Source: Acetobacteraceae bacterium (GTDB lineage Bacteria; Pseudomonadota; Alphaproteobacteria; Acetobacterales; Acetobacteraceae). From it: 64,000 nucleotides of DNA. The notes under the pieces are model-generated. The model saw only the letters and a list, made by a program, of their open reading frames with translations. It had not been told where the DNA came from and ran no database searches. Positions 29,412 through 39,365 of this stretch are shown here, one piece after another. Numbering within the stretch: position 1 is the first letter of the stretch; every line of letters begins with the position of its first letter. Position numbers and translations under genes: made by a program. Location of the stretch: the NCBI GenBank assembly GCA_040400005.1, contig JBBARC010000007.1, forward strand, positions 17,744 to 81,743, in the 5' to 3' direction.

Positions 29412-30689
29412 ATGGCGAAATCACCGCAATCTGGCACTGACCGCTATTCCATTTTTACCGTACTGCGCGAAGCTTTGCGCGGCCACACCGGTTGGCGCCC
29501 GGCTTGGCGCGAGGCTACACCCAAGCCGCGTTATGACGTGATCATTGTTGGCGGCGGCGGCCATGGCCTGGCCACCGCCTATTATCTGGCCCGCCGCCAC
29601 GGCATTACCAATGTGGCGGTGGTGGAAAAGGGCTGGCTTGGCTCGGGCAACATCGGCCGCAATACCACCATTATCCGCTCTAACTACATGCTGCCGGGCA
29701 ATGAGCCGTTTTACGAACATAGCATGAAGCTGTGGGAAGGGTTGGAACAGGATATCAATTATAACGCGATGGTGAGCCAGCGTGGCATTATCAATTTGTG
29801 CCATTCTGATGCGCAGCGCGATGCGTACGCGCGCCGCGGTAATGCCATGCGGCTGCATGGGGTAGATTCTGTTTTGCTTGATGCGGCTGGGGTAAAGCTG
29901 CATTTGCCGATGCTGGATTTCACTAACGCGCGGTTTCCTATTGTGGGTGGGCTGATGCAGCCGCGCGCCGGCACGGTGCGCCACGATGCGGTAGCCTGGG
30001 GCTATGCGCGCGCCGCCGACAGGCTAGGCGTGGATATCATTCAAAACTGTGAAGTCACCGGCATTCGCCGTGAAGCCGGCCGTGTTGTGGGTTTGGAAAC
30101 CGCACGCGGGTTTATTGGCGCCAATCGTGTCGGGCTGGCGTGCGCCGGCCATTCATCGCGGGTGGCGGAAATGGCAGATTTGCGGTTGCCAATTGAAAGC
30201 CACGCGCTGCAGGCGTTTGTGACAGAAGGTATTAAACCGTTCATTGATACCGTGGTAACTTTTGGTGCGGGGCATTTTTACATCAGCCAGTCAGACAAAG
30301 GTGGCTTGGTGTTTGGCGGCGATATAGATGGTTATAACTCATACGCGCAGCGGGGTAATTTGCCAACCGTGGAAGACGTTTGTGAAGGCGGCATGGCATT
30401 GATGCCGCAAATCGGCCGCCTGCGTCTGTTGCGCAGTTGGGGTGGCATTATGGATATGTCGATGGATGGAAGCCCGATCATTGATCGCACACCGGTGGAT
30501 GGCTTGTTTCTTAACGCTGGCTGGTGCTACGGCGGGTTTAAGGCAACGCCGGCCTCGGGCGATTGTTTCGCGCACCTCATCGCGACCGGCCAACCGCACA
30601 AAGTCGCCACCGCTTTTCGCCTTGATCGCTTTGCCTCCGGCCGGGTAATCGACGAAAAAGGTATGGGCGCTCAGCCCAACCTGCATTGA
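29412..30689 (+). CDS. soxB: Sarcosine oxidase subunit beta (heterotetrameric type)
   Basis: YDVIIVGGGGHGLATAYYLA...GSGNIGRNTTIIRSNY. Confidence 0.9.
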   Translation: MAKSPQSGTDRYSIFTVLREALRGHTGWRPAWREATPKPRYDVIIVGGGGHGLATAYYLARRHGITNVAVVEKGWLGSGNIGRNTTIIRSNYMLPGNEPFYEHSMKLWEGLEQDINYNAMVSQRGIINLCHSDAQRDAYARRGNAMRLHGVDSVLLDAAGVKLHLPMLDFTNARFPIVGGLMQPRAGTVRHDAVAWGYARAADRLGVDIIQNCEVTGIRREAGRVVGLETARGFIGANRVGLACAGHSSRVAEMADLRLPIESHALQAFVTEGIKPFIDTVVTFGAGHFYISQSDKGGLVFGGDIDGYNSYAQRGNLPTVEDVCEGGMALMPQIGRLRLLRSWGGIMDMSMDGSPIIDRTPVDGLFLNAGWCYGGFKATPASGDCFAHLIATGQPHKVATAFRLDRFASGRVIDEKGMGAQPNLH

Positions 30690-30699
30690 GGGCACCACC

Positions 30700-30981
30700 A
30701 TGCGTATAAACTGCCCCTGTTGCGGCGAACGCAGTTTGGAAGAATTCACCTATCTGGGTGATGCACGGAAAACGCGCCCGGCCGGCGATGCCGCCGCCGA
30801 TGTATGGGTGGATTACGTCTATTTGCGTGAAAACCCCGGTGGCCGTCACAGCGAATTCTGGTATCATGGTAGCGGCTGCCAATCGTGGCTGGTGGTGGAA
30901 CGCGATATGACCACACATGCGATCTTCGGGGTAAAATTTGCCCGCGATGCCGCCATTGCAGCCGTTGTCCACACATCATGA
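30700..30981 (+). CDS. soxD: Sarcosine oxidase subunit delta
   Basis: MRINCPCCGERSLEEFTYLGDA zinc-ribbon start; 93 aa. Confidence 0.9.
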   Translation: MRINCPCCGERSLEEFTYLGDARKTRPAGDAAADVWVDYVYLRENPGGRHSEFWYHGSGCQSWLVVERDMTTHAIFGVKFARDAAIAAVVHTS

Positions 30982-33962
30982 CCCAGCTCTTTCGTGTCCC
31001 CAACGGCGGCCTTATAGACCGCGAAACCGCGGTGCAATTCGCCTTCGATGGTAAATCCTATCAAGGGTACGCCGGCGATACGCTGGCATCGGCCTTGCTC
31101 GCCAACGGTGTACGCCTGGTCGGCCGTTCGTTTAAATATCACCGCCCGCGCGGCATTTTGTCGGCTGGTGCCGAAGAACCCAACGCGTTGTGCGAATTGC
31201 GCGGCGGGGCCCGGCGCGAACCCAACACGCGCATGACCACGGCCGAAATTTTCGATGGCTTATGTGCCAATAGCCAAAATCGCTATCCGTCGCTAAATTT
31301 TGATTTGCTCGCGGTCATTAGCCTGGCGGGCCCAGTGTTTTCCGCTGGCTTCTACTACAAAACCTTCATGTGGCCAGCATCATTTTGGGAAAAACTTTAC
31401 GAGCCGATGATCCGCCGTGCGGCGGGTTTGGGCCGTGCCGCGCCAGCGCCAGATCCTGATACTTACGAAAAAGCAACGGCATTCTGCGATGTGCTTGTGA
31501 TCGGCGCGGGTGCTGCCGGTATTGCCGCTGCCCTTGCCGCGGCGCACACCGGTGCGCGGGTCATTCTGTGCGAAGAAGATTTTGTCGCTGGCGGCCGCCT
31601 GCATGCCGATCGCCGGCAGATCAACGGTTATGCCGCATCGCAATGGGCCGATACCGCGCTTGCAGATTTGTGCGCTTTGCCGAATGTTACTCTGATGGTA
31701 CGAACTGCTGTTGTTGCGGTTTATGATGGTGGCACCTACGCTGCCCTGCAACGCGTTAGCGACCATCTCATTACTCCCTTGCCGCACCAGCCGCGCCAGC
31801 GGCTGTGGCGTATCGTTGCCAAACACACCGTGCTTGCAGCAGGCGCAATTGAACGTCCGCTAGTGTTTGGTGGCAACGATAAGCCGGGTGTTATGCTGGC
31901 GGGCAGCGTGCGCACCTACATCAATCGCTTCGCCGTGCGCCCTGGCACGCGCGCCGTGGTGTTCGCCAATAACGATGATGCGGCGCGAACCGTTGCCGAT
32001 CTTGCTGAAAGTGGCATAACCGTTGTCGCCTTCATCGATCCGCGGCCAGCCGCATCAGAATTTCTGCGGGCATCGCTTGCCACAAGCCGGGTGCCGCTGA
32101 TCACTGGCGTGGTTGATCACGCCAGCGGTTTTTCAAAACTTAGCGCTGTTCATGTGCGCACGGAAAATGGCAAACTCGAGACACTGTCATGCGACCTACT
32201 GGCCATGTCGGGTGGTTTTATGCCCAACATTCACCTTACCACGCATCTTGGCGGCAAGCCGGTGTGGCAGGGCGATGTAGCGGCATTTGTGCCTGGCACG
32301 CTGCCGCCAACCATGCTCGTGGCAGGGGCTGCCACTGGTGAAGGCGGGCTTGCTGCTGGTATCGCCCAAGGTGCCCGCGCCGGGGCTGATGCCGCGCACT
32401 CCGCCGGTTTCGTGCCCGTACAATTTCCCGCCGCCATAACCGTTCTGTGCACTGATGATGATGCGCTGGGCTTTGCGCCACTTTGGCATGTCGATGGCCG
32501 CGGCAAAGCTTTTATTGATTTTCAAAACGATGTCACGGCCACAGATGTGAAACTCGCGGCGGTCGAGGGTTTTCGGTCGGTTGAACATTTAAAACGCTAC
32601 ACAACCTTGGGCATGGCAACAGATCAGGGCAAAACGGCCAACGTCAATGGCCTCGCTCTGATGGCTGAAATTACTGAACGTACCATTGCCCAAACCGGCA
32701 CCACGCGGTTCCGCCCGCCCTACGCACCGGTCGCCATCGGCGCACTCGCTGGGCACCATCGCGGCGCGCATTTTCGCGCAACCCGCCTTACCCCCACTCA
32801 CGCGTGGGCGACAGGGCAGGGGGCCGTATTCACCGATGCCGGGCAATGGAAACGGGCCCAGTATTTCCCCGCTGCCGCTGAAACCGATTGGCTAGATGCC
32901 ACCATCCGCGAAGTGCGCTCAGTGCGCGCAAGCGTTGGTATTTGCGATGTTACCACCTTGGGCAAAATCGATATTCAAGGTGCCGATGCCGCTGAATTTC
33001 TTGAACACGTTTATACCAATTCGTGGAAAAATCTTGCCATTGGCCGCGCCCGCTACGGGCTGATGCTGCGCGAAGATGGGTTTGTGCTTGATGATGGCAC
33101 CACTGCGCGCCTGTCTGATGATCGCTATATCATGACCACCACCACGGCGAATGCAGCACGGGTGTTTCAGCACCTCGAATTCTGCCGTCAGGTGCTGTGG
33201 TCTGGCTACGATGTGCACCTTATTTCGGCAACCGAGGCGTGGGCCCAAATCGCCGTAGCCGGCCCCCGCGCGCGCGAGGTTCTGCGCAAACTGATAGACC
33301 CAGCATACGACATTTCCAACGAGGCGTTCCCCTATATGGCGGCAGGGGAGGTAACTTTGTGTGGCGGCGTGATGGGGCGGCTGTTCCGCCTTTCATTTTC
33401 GGGGGAGCTGGCCTACGAAATCGCCGTGCCCGCCCGCTTTGGCCAAGCCCTGGCGGAGGCCCTCATGGCCGCTGGCGATGAATTTTCCATTACCCCATAC
33501 GGGCTAGAAGCGCTGGCCGTTATGCGCATCGAAAAGGGCCATGCGGCCGGTGCGGAGCTTAACGGCACCACCACCGCGCATGATCTGGGTCTTGCCAAGT
33601 TGCTGTCGCGTAAAAAGGATTTTGTTGGCCGTGTTATGGCAGAGCGGCCCGCCCTAACGGACGCCGCCCGCCCTGGACTGGTCGGGTTTCGCCCGCTCGA
33701 TACAACCGCGCGGGTGCGCGGCGGGGCGCAATTTCTGCCGCCCACGGCCGATGCCACCGCTGCCAATGCGCAGGGCCACGTTACATCGGCGGCATTCTCC
33801 CCGCATCTTGGCCAATGGATCGGCCTCGGCCTGCTCACCAATGGCGCCACCCGCCACGGCGAAGTTTTACGCGCCTACGATCCGGTGCGTGGCAACGATA
33901 CCCAGGTCGAAATTGTGCCGCCCGTGTTCTACGACGTCCAAGGAACCCGCCTGCATGGCTAA
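30978..33962 (+). CDS. soxA: Sarcosine oxidase subunit alpha
   Basis: FAFDGKSYQGYAGDTLASALLANGVRLVGRSFKYHRPRG, plus a C-terminal GcvT-like folate-binding domain. ATGA overlap with soxD. Confidence 0.9.
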   Translation: MTQLFRVPNGGLIDRETAVQFAFDGKSYQGYAGDTLASALLANGVRLVGRSFKYHRPRGILSAGAEEPNALCELRGGARREPNTRMTTAEIFDGLCANSQNRYPSLNFDLLAVISLAGPVFSAGFYYKTFMWPASFWEKLYEPMIRRAAGLGRAAPAPDPDTYEKATAFCDVLVIGAGAAGIAAALAAAHTGARVILCEEDFVAGGRLHADRRQINGYAASQWADTALADLCALPNVTLMVRTAVVAVYDGGTYAALQRVSDHLITPLPHQPRQRLWRIVAKHTVLAAGAIERPLVFGGNDKPGVMLAGSVRTYINRFAVRPGTRAVVFANNDDAARTVADLAESGITVVAFIDPRPAASEFLRASLATSRVPLITGVVDHASGFSKLSAVHVRTENGKLETLSCDLLAMSGGFMPNIHLTTHLGGKPVWQGDVAAFVPGTLPPTMLVAGAATGEGGLAAGIAQGARAGADAAHSAGFVPVQFPAAITVLCTDDDALGFAPLWHVDGRGKAFIDFQNDVTATDVKLAAVEGFRSVEHLKRYTTLGMATDQGKTANVNGLALMAEITERTIAQTGTTRFRPPYAPVAIGALAGHHRGAHFRATRLTPTHAWATGQGAVFTDAGQWKRAQYFPAAAETDWLDATIREVRSVRASVGICDVTTLGKIDIQGADAAEFLEHVYTNSWKNLAIGRARYGLMLREDGFVLDDGTTARLSDDRYIMTTTTANAARVFQHLEFCRQVLWSGYDVHLISATEAWAQIAVAGPRAREVLRKLIDPAYDISNEAFPYMAAGEVTLCGGVMGRLFRLSFSGELAYEIAVPARFGQALAEALMAAGDEFSITPYGLEALAVMRIEKGHAAGAELNGTTTAHDLGLAKLLSRKKDFVGRVMAERPALTDAARPGLVGFRPLDTTARVRGGAQFLPPTADATAANAQGHVTSAAFSPHLGQWIGLGLLTNGATRHGEVLRAYDPVRGNDTQVEIVPPVFYDVQGTRLHG

Positions 33963-34581
33963 CCCGCAATCCGCACCCAGCCTGGCCGCCGTATCCGCCG
34001 TGGCCGCGCTTACGGCACCCGCACCACATGGCAACATCGGCGTCGCTATCAGCGAAATTGTCCCGTCTATCGTAAGCCTCGCCGCCCGTGCGGGCCACCA
34101 GGCAGACCTTGCCGCAGCTATTGCAGCCAGCGCCGGCGCCACCCTGCCGCCGCCTGGCCACATTAGCCACAGTGCTGATCTTAGCTTTTTGGGTGTCGCC
34201 CCTGGCCGCTGGTTTGTGATCGCACCGCCCGCGCCGCCGGCATTGCTGGAATTCACGCTGCGCCAGGCGCTGGGCGCGTACGCCACATTGACCGACCAAA
34301 CCGATGGCCGCGCCGTGCTGCGCATCAATGGCCCTGCCGCCGTGGCAACCCTTGCCAAGCTGGTACCGCTCGATTTGCATCCCAGTGTCTTTGGTGCTGG
34401 CCGGGTTGCTCAAACCATTGCCAGCCACATCAACATCATGATCTGGCGCAACGGCGCCGGGCAAAGTTTCGATATCGCAGTGTTTCGTGGTTTTGCGTTA
34501 AGCTTTGCCGAAAGCCTTATCGCATCTGCAGCCGAATTTGGCGTAAGCTTCACCCCAAATCTTGAAGGACCCGCGCCGTGA
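33955..34581 (+). CDS. soxG: Sarcosine oxidase subunit gamma
   Basis: About 208 aa in the position expected in a soxBDAG operon. Overlaps the soxA stop. Confidence 0.75.
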   Translation: MANPQSAPSLAAVSAVAALTAPAPHGNIGVAISEIVPSIVSLAARAGHQADLAAAIAASAGATLPPPGHISHSADLSFLGVAPGRWFVIAPPAPPALLEFTLRQALGAYATLTDQTDGRAVLRINGPAAVATLAKLVPLDLHPSVFGAGRVAQTIASHINIMIWRNGAGQSFDIAVFRGFALSFAESLIASAAEFGVSFTPNLEGPAP

Positions 34582-35504
34582 CCGAATCCGCCAAATCGCT
34601 TGCGTCAAAATTCACCGCTGCCACCATTCCCGCCGGCACCGAACAGCCAGCCAAAACCCGGCTGATTCTCACACTATCCTGCCCTAATCGCCCCGGCATT
34701 GTGGCAGCTGTCAGCACCTTGATCAGCGAATTGGGCGGCGATATCCGCGAAGCCCAGCAATTCGACGATCCCGAAACCGGCCGCTTTTTTATGCGCACAG
34801 TGCTCGATATCGCAACCGCCAACGCAGAACGGTTACAGGAAAAATTCGCCACTATCGCTGCCCATTTTACCATGAGTTGGAAAGTGTCCGACCTGGTCAA
34901 ACCCAAACGCGTGCTACTGCTGGTATCCAAATTTGATCATTGCTTGGTTGATCTTCTGTACCGCTGGGGCATTGGCGAATTGCCGATGGTGCCGGTCGGT
35001 ATTGTTTCCAACCACCCACGCGAGGCCTACGGCAACGCAAATTTTTATGGCATTCCGTTCCAGTATTTGCCGGTCGATAAATCCACTAAAATGGAACAAG
35101 AGGCCGCCATCTGGCAGGCTGTTAAAGACAGCAATGCCGATCTTGTAGTGCTGGCGCGCTATATGCAGGTGCTGTCAGATGGTCTCTCCGCCAAGCTCAG
35201 CGGCCGCTGCATTAACATTCACCATAGTTTTTTGCCTGGCTTTAAGGGCGCCAAACCGTATCACCAGGCCCATTCACGCGGGGTTAAGCTCATGGGGGCC
35301 ACCGCCCATTACGTGACATCAGACCTCGATGAAGGCCCGATCATCGAACAAGATGTAGAGCGCATAAGCCATAACGACACCCCCGATGATCTGGTGCGCA
35401 AAGGCCGCGATATCGAACGCCGTGTGCTGGCCCGCGCGGTGCGCTATCATCTCGCCGATCGCGTGTTGATCAACGGCCACAAAACTGTGGTATTCGGTGA
35501 ATAA
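34578..35504 (+). CDS. purU: Formyltetrahydrofolate deformylase
   Basis: N-terminal ACT domain ([16 protein letters not shown]) and formyltransferase motifs INIHHSFLP and [12 protein letters not shown]. Confidence 0.9.
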   Translation: MTESAKSLASKFTAATIPAGTEQPAKTRLILTLSCPNRPGIVAAVSTLISELGGDIREAQQFDDPETGRFFMRTVLDIATANAERLQEKFATIAAHFTMSWKVSDLVKPKRVLLLVSKFDHCLVDLLYRWGIGELPMVPVGIVSNHPREAYGNANFYGIPFQYLPVDKSTKMEQEAAIWQAVKDSNADLVVLARYMQVLSDGLSAKLSGRCINIHHSFLPGFKGAKPYHQAHSRGVKLMGATAHYVTSDLDEGPIIEQDVERISHNDTPDDLVRKGRDIERRVLARAVRYHLADRVLINGHKTVVFGE

Positions 35505-35530
35505 ACGGTGCCGCGTCGCGCCCTGCCGGA

Positions 35531-36454
35531 GTGTTCGCTATGACCCAGATACCAGATCTGCAACCCAAAAGCACCGCAACCATTATCGATGGCAAGGCGG
35601 CGGCGCAAAAATTGGTTGGTAGCATCGCCAGCGCCACCGCTGGCCTTATCGCGAGCACCGGCATCACCCCAGGTTTGGCCGTGGTGCTGGTGGGCGATGA
35701 TCCGGCAAGCCAAGTTTATGTACGCAACAAACATCGCACAACTTTGGCCGCCGGCATGAACTCTTTCGAACATCGCCTGCCGGCAAGCACCGCCCAGCAC
35801 AGTTTGCTCGCCTTAATCGATACTTTAAACGCTGACCCCGCCGTGCACGGAATTTTGGTGCAACTGCCGCTTCCCGCAACCATCAACACCGCCGCAATAG
35901 TGGCAGCAATCAATCCCGATAAAGATGTCGATGGTCTTCACGTGGTCAATGCTGGCCGTCTGGCCTTGGGCCTACCCGGCATGGTGCCCTGCACGCCTCT
36001 GGGCTGCATCATCGTTTTACGCGAAACCCTGGGCACACTCAGCGGCCTTCATGCGGTGGTGATTGGCCGCTCGCATCTGGTTGGCAAACCGGTGGCACAG
36101 TTGCTGCTGGCGCAAGATTGCACCGTGACCATCGCCCATTCACGCAGCCGCGATTTGCCTACGATCTGCCGCAGCGCCGATATTCTGGTTGCGGCTGTCG
36201 GACGGCCGAACATGGTGCAGGGCGATTGGATAAAACCGGGTGCAACGGTCATTGATGTTGGCATCAACCGCGTTGCCATGCCCGATGGTAAATCGCGCTT
36301 GGTGGGGGATGTGAATTATGCCCAGGCGCTAGGCGTTGCCGGCGCCATTACCCCGGTGCCAGGCGGGGTTGGCCCCATGACCATCGCCTGCCTGCTGCGC
36401 AATACGCTCACTGCTGCGCGTTACGCTGCAGGCATTGCGGATAGCCCGCTCTAG
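35531..36454 (+). CDS. folD: Bifunctional methylene-THF dehydrogenase/methenyl-THF cyclohydrolase
   Basis: [28 protein letters not shown] and [11 protein letters not shown] motifs. Confidence 0.9.
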   Translation: MFAMTQIPDLQPKSTATIIDGKAAAQKLVGSIASATAGLIASTGITPGLAVVLVGDDPASQVYVRNKHRTTLAAGMNSFEHRLPASTAQHSLLALIDTLNADPAVHGILVQLPLPATINTAAIVAAINPDKDVDGLHVVNAGRLALGLPGMVPCTPLGCIIVLRETLGTLSGLHAVVIGRSHLVGKPVAQLLLAQDCTVTIAHSRSRDLPTICRSADILVAAVGRPNMVQGDWIKPGATVIDVGINRVAMPDGKSRLVGDVNYAQALGVAGAITPVPGGVGPMTIACLLRNTLTAARYAAGIADSPL

Positions 36455-36460
36455 CGGCCG

Positions 36461-36802
36461 TTATTTTACCGTAACACTCAGGTTAAAGCCGGCCACCGGT
36501 TCACGCAGATAATCCACCGTTTCGTTGTGGCTGGACCCCAACGCATAGCCATCGGTTTCGGCCAGCCGCTTTTCGTGGAAAAAATGCGGGTCAAGCCGCG
36601 CCGAGCGTTCCCCCGGTATAGGCGCCGCCGGCCCCAGCATATCGGGGTCGGGCACCGGTGCGGGTGCGAAAAGCGGGGCTTGGGATACGATTTGCGCCCC
36701 GGCATGCGGCGCAGCGGACGCCCCATTGCTAGGCCCCGCGGCACAGGCCGGCATCGTTGCCGCCGCCAAAACCGCCGCCAAAGCTAAATATCTAGCAACC
36801 AT
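36461..36802 (-). CDS. Hypothetical secreted protein
   Basis: Signal peptide MVARYLALAAVLAAATMPACAA. No family recognised. Confidence 0.45.
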   Translation of the reverse strand: MVARYLALAAVLAAATMPACAAGPSNGASAAPHAGAQIVSQAPLFAPAPVPDPDMLGPAAPIPGERSARLDPHFFHEKRLAETDGYALGSSHNETVDYLREPVAGFNLSVTVK

Positions 36803-36916
36803 GCCAGCATATTGGGCACTGCCGCCGGGCCGTAGCAAGCCAAATCGGCAAAACGCTGCCCAATTATGCAAAAATGTGTCACCAAATTTAACTGCGCGTC
36901 CTGTGGTGCCCCCCGA

Positions 36917-38134
36917 TTAGCCGGGAAAAATCGTGCCGCTCAGCGCGTCAAGCGCCTGAATCCCCGGCAGCACTTTGCCCTCCAGCCACTCCAAAAACGC
37001 ACCGCCCGCGGTTGAAACGTAACTCATGTCGTCCATCACGCCGGCCGCCTTCAGGGCCGCCACCGTATCGCCGCCACCCGCCACACTGCGCAAATGCCCG
37101 GCCTTTGTCAGCCTGGCCACCGCATGGGCAAGCTGCACGGTCGCTGCATCAAACGGCTTGGTTTCAAACGCCCCCAGCGGTCCGTTCCACACCAGCGTGC
37201 GCAAGCCCGGCAACGCCGCAATCACCGCCGCCACACTGGCCGGCCCAACGTCCAAAATCATTGCGTTATTAGGCACGGCATCAATATCCACCACGTGGGT
37301 TGCCGCATGTTCACGAAACTCAGTGGCGGTTACCGCATCAATCGGCAGCATAATCTGGCAGCCACAGGCTTTGGCGCGCGCCAAAATATCGCGCGCGATA
37401 TCGTGCATGTCGGCTTCTTGTAACGATTTACCAACCGCCACACCCTGGGCCGCCAAAAACGTATTGGCCATCGCACCACCAATCACCAGCACATCCACGC
37501 GGCCGACCAAATTACCCAGCAATTCCAGCTTGGTGGACACTTTCGCACCGCCCACAATGGCGCCCACTGGGCGATCCGGGTTATCCAACGCCGCCGTCAG
37601 GGCCTCCAACTCCGCCTGCATCAACCGCCCCGCCAGCGACGGCAGCAATCGGGCAACCCCTTCGGTGCTGGCATGCGCCCGGTGCGCAGTGGAAAACGCA
37701 TCATTAACATAAATATCAGCAAGCTTGGCCAAGGCCGCTGCCATCTCGGGGTCGTTCGCTTCTTCGCCCTGATGAAACCTGGTGTTTTCCAGCACCAGAA
37801 TTTGGCCCGGCTCTAACGCCGCCACCGCCGCCTCGGCAATGGCACCCACGCAATCATCGGCGAAAAACACGTCGCGCTGCAACACATCGCGCAGCGCCGC
37901 CGAAACCGGGCGCAGCGATAAAGCCGGCACCACCCGGCCACACGGCCGGTCGAAATGGCTTACCACAATCACCCGGGCGCCACGCTCGGCCAATTCCCGA
38001 ATGGTCGGCGATAAGCGCTCCAACCGCGTCACATCGCTAATCGCCCCATCACGCACCGGCACGTTAAGATCTGCGCGCAACAGAACGCGCAAATTTTTAA
38101 CGTCAACATCATCGAGCGTGCGAAAATTGGCCAT
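36917..38134 (-). CDS. pgk: Phosphoglycerate kinase
   Basis: [17 protein letters not shown] and GGGDT motifs; 405 aa. Confidence 0.95.
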   Translation of the reverse strand: MANFRTLDDVDVKNLRVLLRADLNVPVRDGAISDVTRLERLSPTIRELAERGARVIVVSHFDRPCGRVVPALSLRPVSAALRDVLQRDVFFADDCVGAIAEAAVAALEPGQILVLENTRFHQGEEANDPEMAAALAKLADIYVNDAFSTAHRAHASTEGVARLLPSLAGRLMQAELEALTAALDNPDRPVGAIVGGAKVSTKLELLGNLVGRVDVLVIGGAMANTFLAAQGVAVGKSLQEADMHDIARDILARAKACGCQIMLPIDAVTATEFREHAATHVVDIDAVPNNAMILDVGPASVAAVIAALPGLRTLVWNGPLGAFETKPFDAATVQLAHAVARLTKAGHLRSVAGGGDTVAALKAAGVMDDMSYVSTAGGAFLEWLEGKVLPGIQALDALSGTIFPG

Positions 38135-38226
38135 GGTTAGGCTCCGGGTGGGGTCGGCAAAGGAAGGGAAGAAAAGGCTGGTGGAGCGAGCCGCTCCCCC
38201 AGACCCCCTACGCTATTTAAGAAAGG

Positions 38227-39243
38227 TTACAGGCTGCCGAACAGTGCGGCCGTATCAGACATACGGTTGGAAAAGCCCCATTCATTGTCGTACCAGCCAA
38301 CCACCCGCACCATGGCGCCGCCATCAACGCTGGCAGTTTGGGTGGCGTCAAACGTGCAACTGGCCGGCACGCCGTTAAAATCGCTGCTCACCAGTTTCGC
38401 CGTGTTGTAATCCATAATGCCGGCCAGCGCGCCGGCACTGGCGGCGGCAAATACCGCGTTCACTTCGGCCACACTCGGGTGCTTGGCCAAGTTCACATCC
38501 AGCGACACCACCGATACGTTGGCGGTGGGCACGCGAATGGATGTGCCATCCAGCTTGCCTTTTAGCGTCGGCAACACCAGCCCCACGGCTTTGGCAGCCC
38601 CGGTGCTGGTGGGAATCATGGAAAGGGCAGCGGCGCGCGCGCGGTGCAAATCTTTATGCAGCGTATCCACCGTGCGCTGATCGCCAGTGTAGCTGTGGAT
38701 GGTCACCATATAGCCGCGTTCAATGCCAAACGCATCGTTCAGCACCTGCGCCATGGGGGCTAGGCAGTTGGTGGTGCACGATGCGTTGGAAATGACGGTC
38801 ATATCGGCGGTCAGCACCTGGTGGTTGACGCCATACACGATGGTTGCATCCACCTCATCGGCGGGGGCAGAAATAATCACCCGCTTGGCGCCCGCTTCTA
38901 ACAGGCTAGAGGCGGAGGCTTTGGTGGTGAACAGCCCGGTGCATTCCATCGCCACATCCACCCCGGCCCAGGGCAGTTTTTTGGGGTCGCGCTCGGCGGT
39001 CACTTTTATCGGGCCCCAGCTGCGGTCGCCAATTTTCAGCGTAATGCTGTCGCCATTTACCAGCACCTCGCCGGGGAAGCGGCCGTGCACGCTGTCGTAA
39101 CGTAGCAAATGCGCGTTATCCTCAACGCTGCCCAAATCATTGATCGCCACCGGCACCACGTCGCTACGCCCGCTTTGCACCAGCGCGCGCAGCACCAAAC
39201 GGCCAATGCGGCCAAAACCATTTATAGCGATCGTCACGGCCAT
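38227..39243 (-). CDS. gap: Glyceraldehyde-3-phosphate dehydrogenase
   Basis: INGFGRIGR, SNASCTTNCLAP and WYDNEWGFS motifs. Confidence 0.95.
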   Translation of the reverse strand: MAVTIAINGFGRIGRLVLRALVQSGRSDVVPVAINDLGSVEDNAHLLRYDSVHGRFPGEVLVNGDSITLKIGDRSWGPIKVTAERDPKKLPWAGVDVAMECTGLFTTKASASSLLEAGAKRVIISAPADEVDATIVYGVNHQVLTADMTVISNASCTTNCLAPMAQVLNDAFGIERGYMVTIHSYTGDQRTVDTLHKDLHRARAAALSMIPTSTGAAKAVGLVLPTLKGKLDGTSIRVPTANVSVVSLDVNLAKHPSVAEVNAVFAAASAGALAGIMDYNTAKLVSSDFNGVPASCTFDATQTASVDGGAMVRVVGWYDNEWGFSNRMSDTAALFGSL

Positions 39244-39365
39244 GGGAAAGAAAATCCTCAATACAAGCAGGTCAAACGGCGGGCGCGGAGCCCCAATCGC
39301 GTCTCCCTACTGAAATATTGCCGCACTTGCCAGGGGGCCATGCTTGCGAAAAACCCGGTAACGAG